Shown here piece by piece: positions 5,073 through 5,083 of a stretch of 5,083 bases of DNA (within the stretch, counting starts at the first letter, position 1; each line of letters opens with the position of its first letter). This stretch comes from Candidatus Iainarchaeum sp. (GTDB taxonomy: Archaea > Iainarchaeota > Iainarchaeia > Iainarchaeales > CSSED10-239). A program made the translations under genes and the position numbers. Under the pieces are notes generated by a model. That model was not told the DNA's origin and made no database searches. It saw only the letters and a program-made list of their open reading frames with translations. Location of the stretch: contig JAQVTI010000029.1 in NCBI GenBank assembly GCA_028700115.1, forward strand, positions 1 to 5,083, written 5' to 3'.

Positions 5073-5083
5073 TTTTTAATTCA

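Noticed and set aside
1-5083. CRISPR array
   Set aside because: No regularly spaced repeats of 20-50 nt with unique spacers. Only AT-rich short repeats are visible.
1-5083. tRNA or rRNA gene
   Set aside because: No GTTCRAnnC-type T-arm with matching acceptor stem and no GC-richer structured block. Such genes would stand out in this composition.
1-5083. Alternative genetic code (TGA as Trp)
   Set aside because: TGG encodes Trp in several ORFs, and TGA acts as a stop at sensible, coupled positions (4108-4110, 1419-1421, 55-57).

Overview
This is a very AT-rich window of about 5.1 kb. All credible genes lie on the minus strand, packed head to tail with 2-5 nt gaps and ATGA/GTGA-type overlaps, so it reads as one or two long leftward operons. 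It encodes about a dozen small proteins. At least four are short multi-pass membrane proteins (ORFs at 330-809, 2137-2382, 4108-4371, 4881-5072). One is a 282-aa protein with a charged, helical N-terminal part and a C-terminal transmembrane segment (2385-3233). The rest are small soluble or coiled-coil-like proteins. Two further small genes are missing from the supplied ORF track: a 43-aa ORF (3304-3435) and a GTG-initiated 50-aa ORF (3959-4111) whose start overlaps the upstream stop as GTGA with a GGAG Shine-Dalgarno. The only family hint I recognise is a weak DUF5661-like pattern in the 73-aa ORF at 55-276. The most notable non-coding signal is in the 110-bp gap 3849-3958: three overlapping dyads built from shared TTGCA-type half-sites, one of them concentric with a perfect GTTTATAAAC palindrome. 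A second compact control region (about 3256-3305) has a GGGG/CCCC hairpin flanked by T-rich sequence and an 8-nt tandem repeat. The overall style (tiny ORFan genes, many membrane proteins, one strand, operon coupling, TATA-like boxes) suggests a virus/provirus or plasmid-like element, possibly of an AT-rich archaeon. No hallmark gene (integrase, capsid, terminase, replicase) is visible, so this assignment is an inference only.
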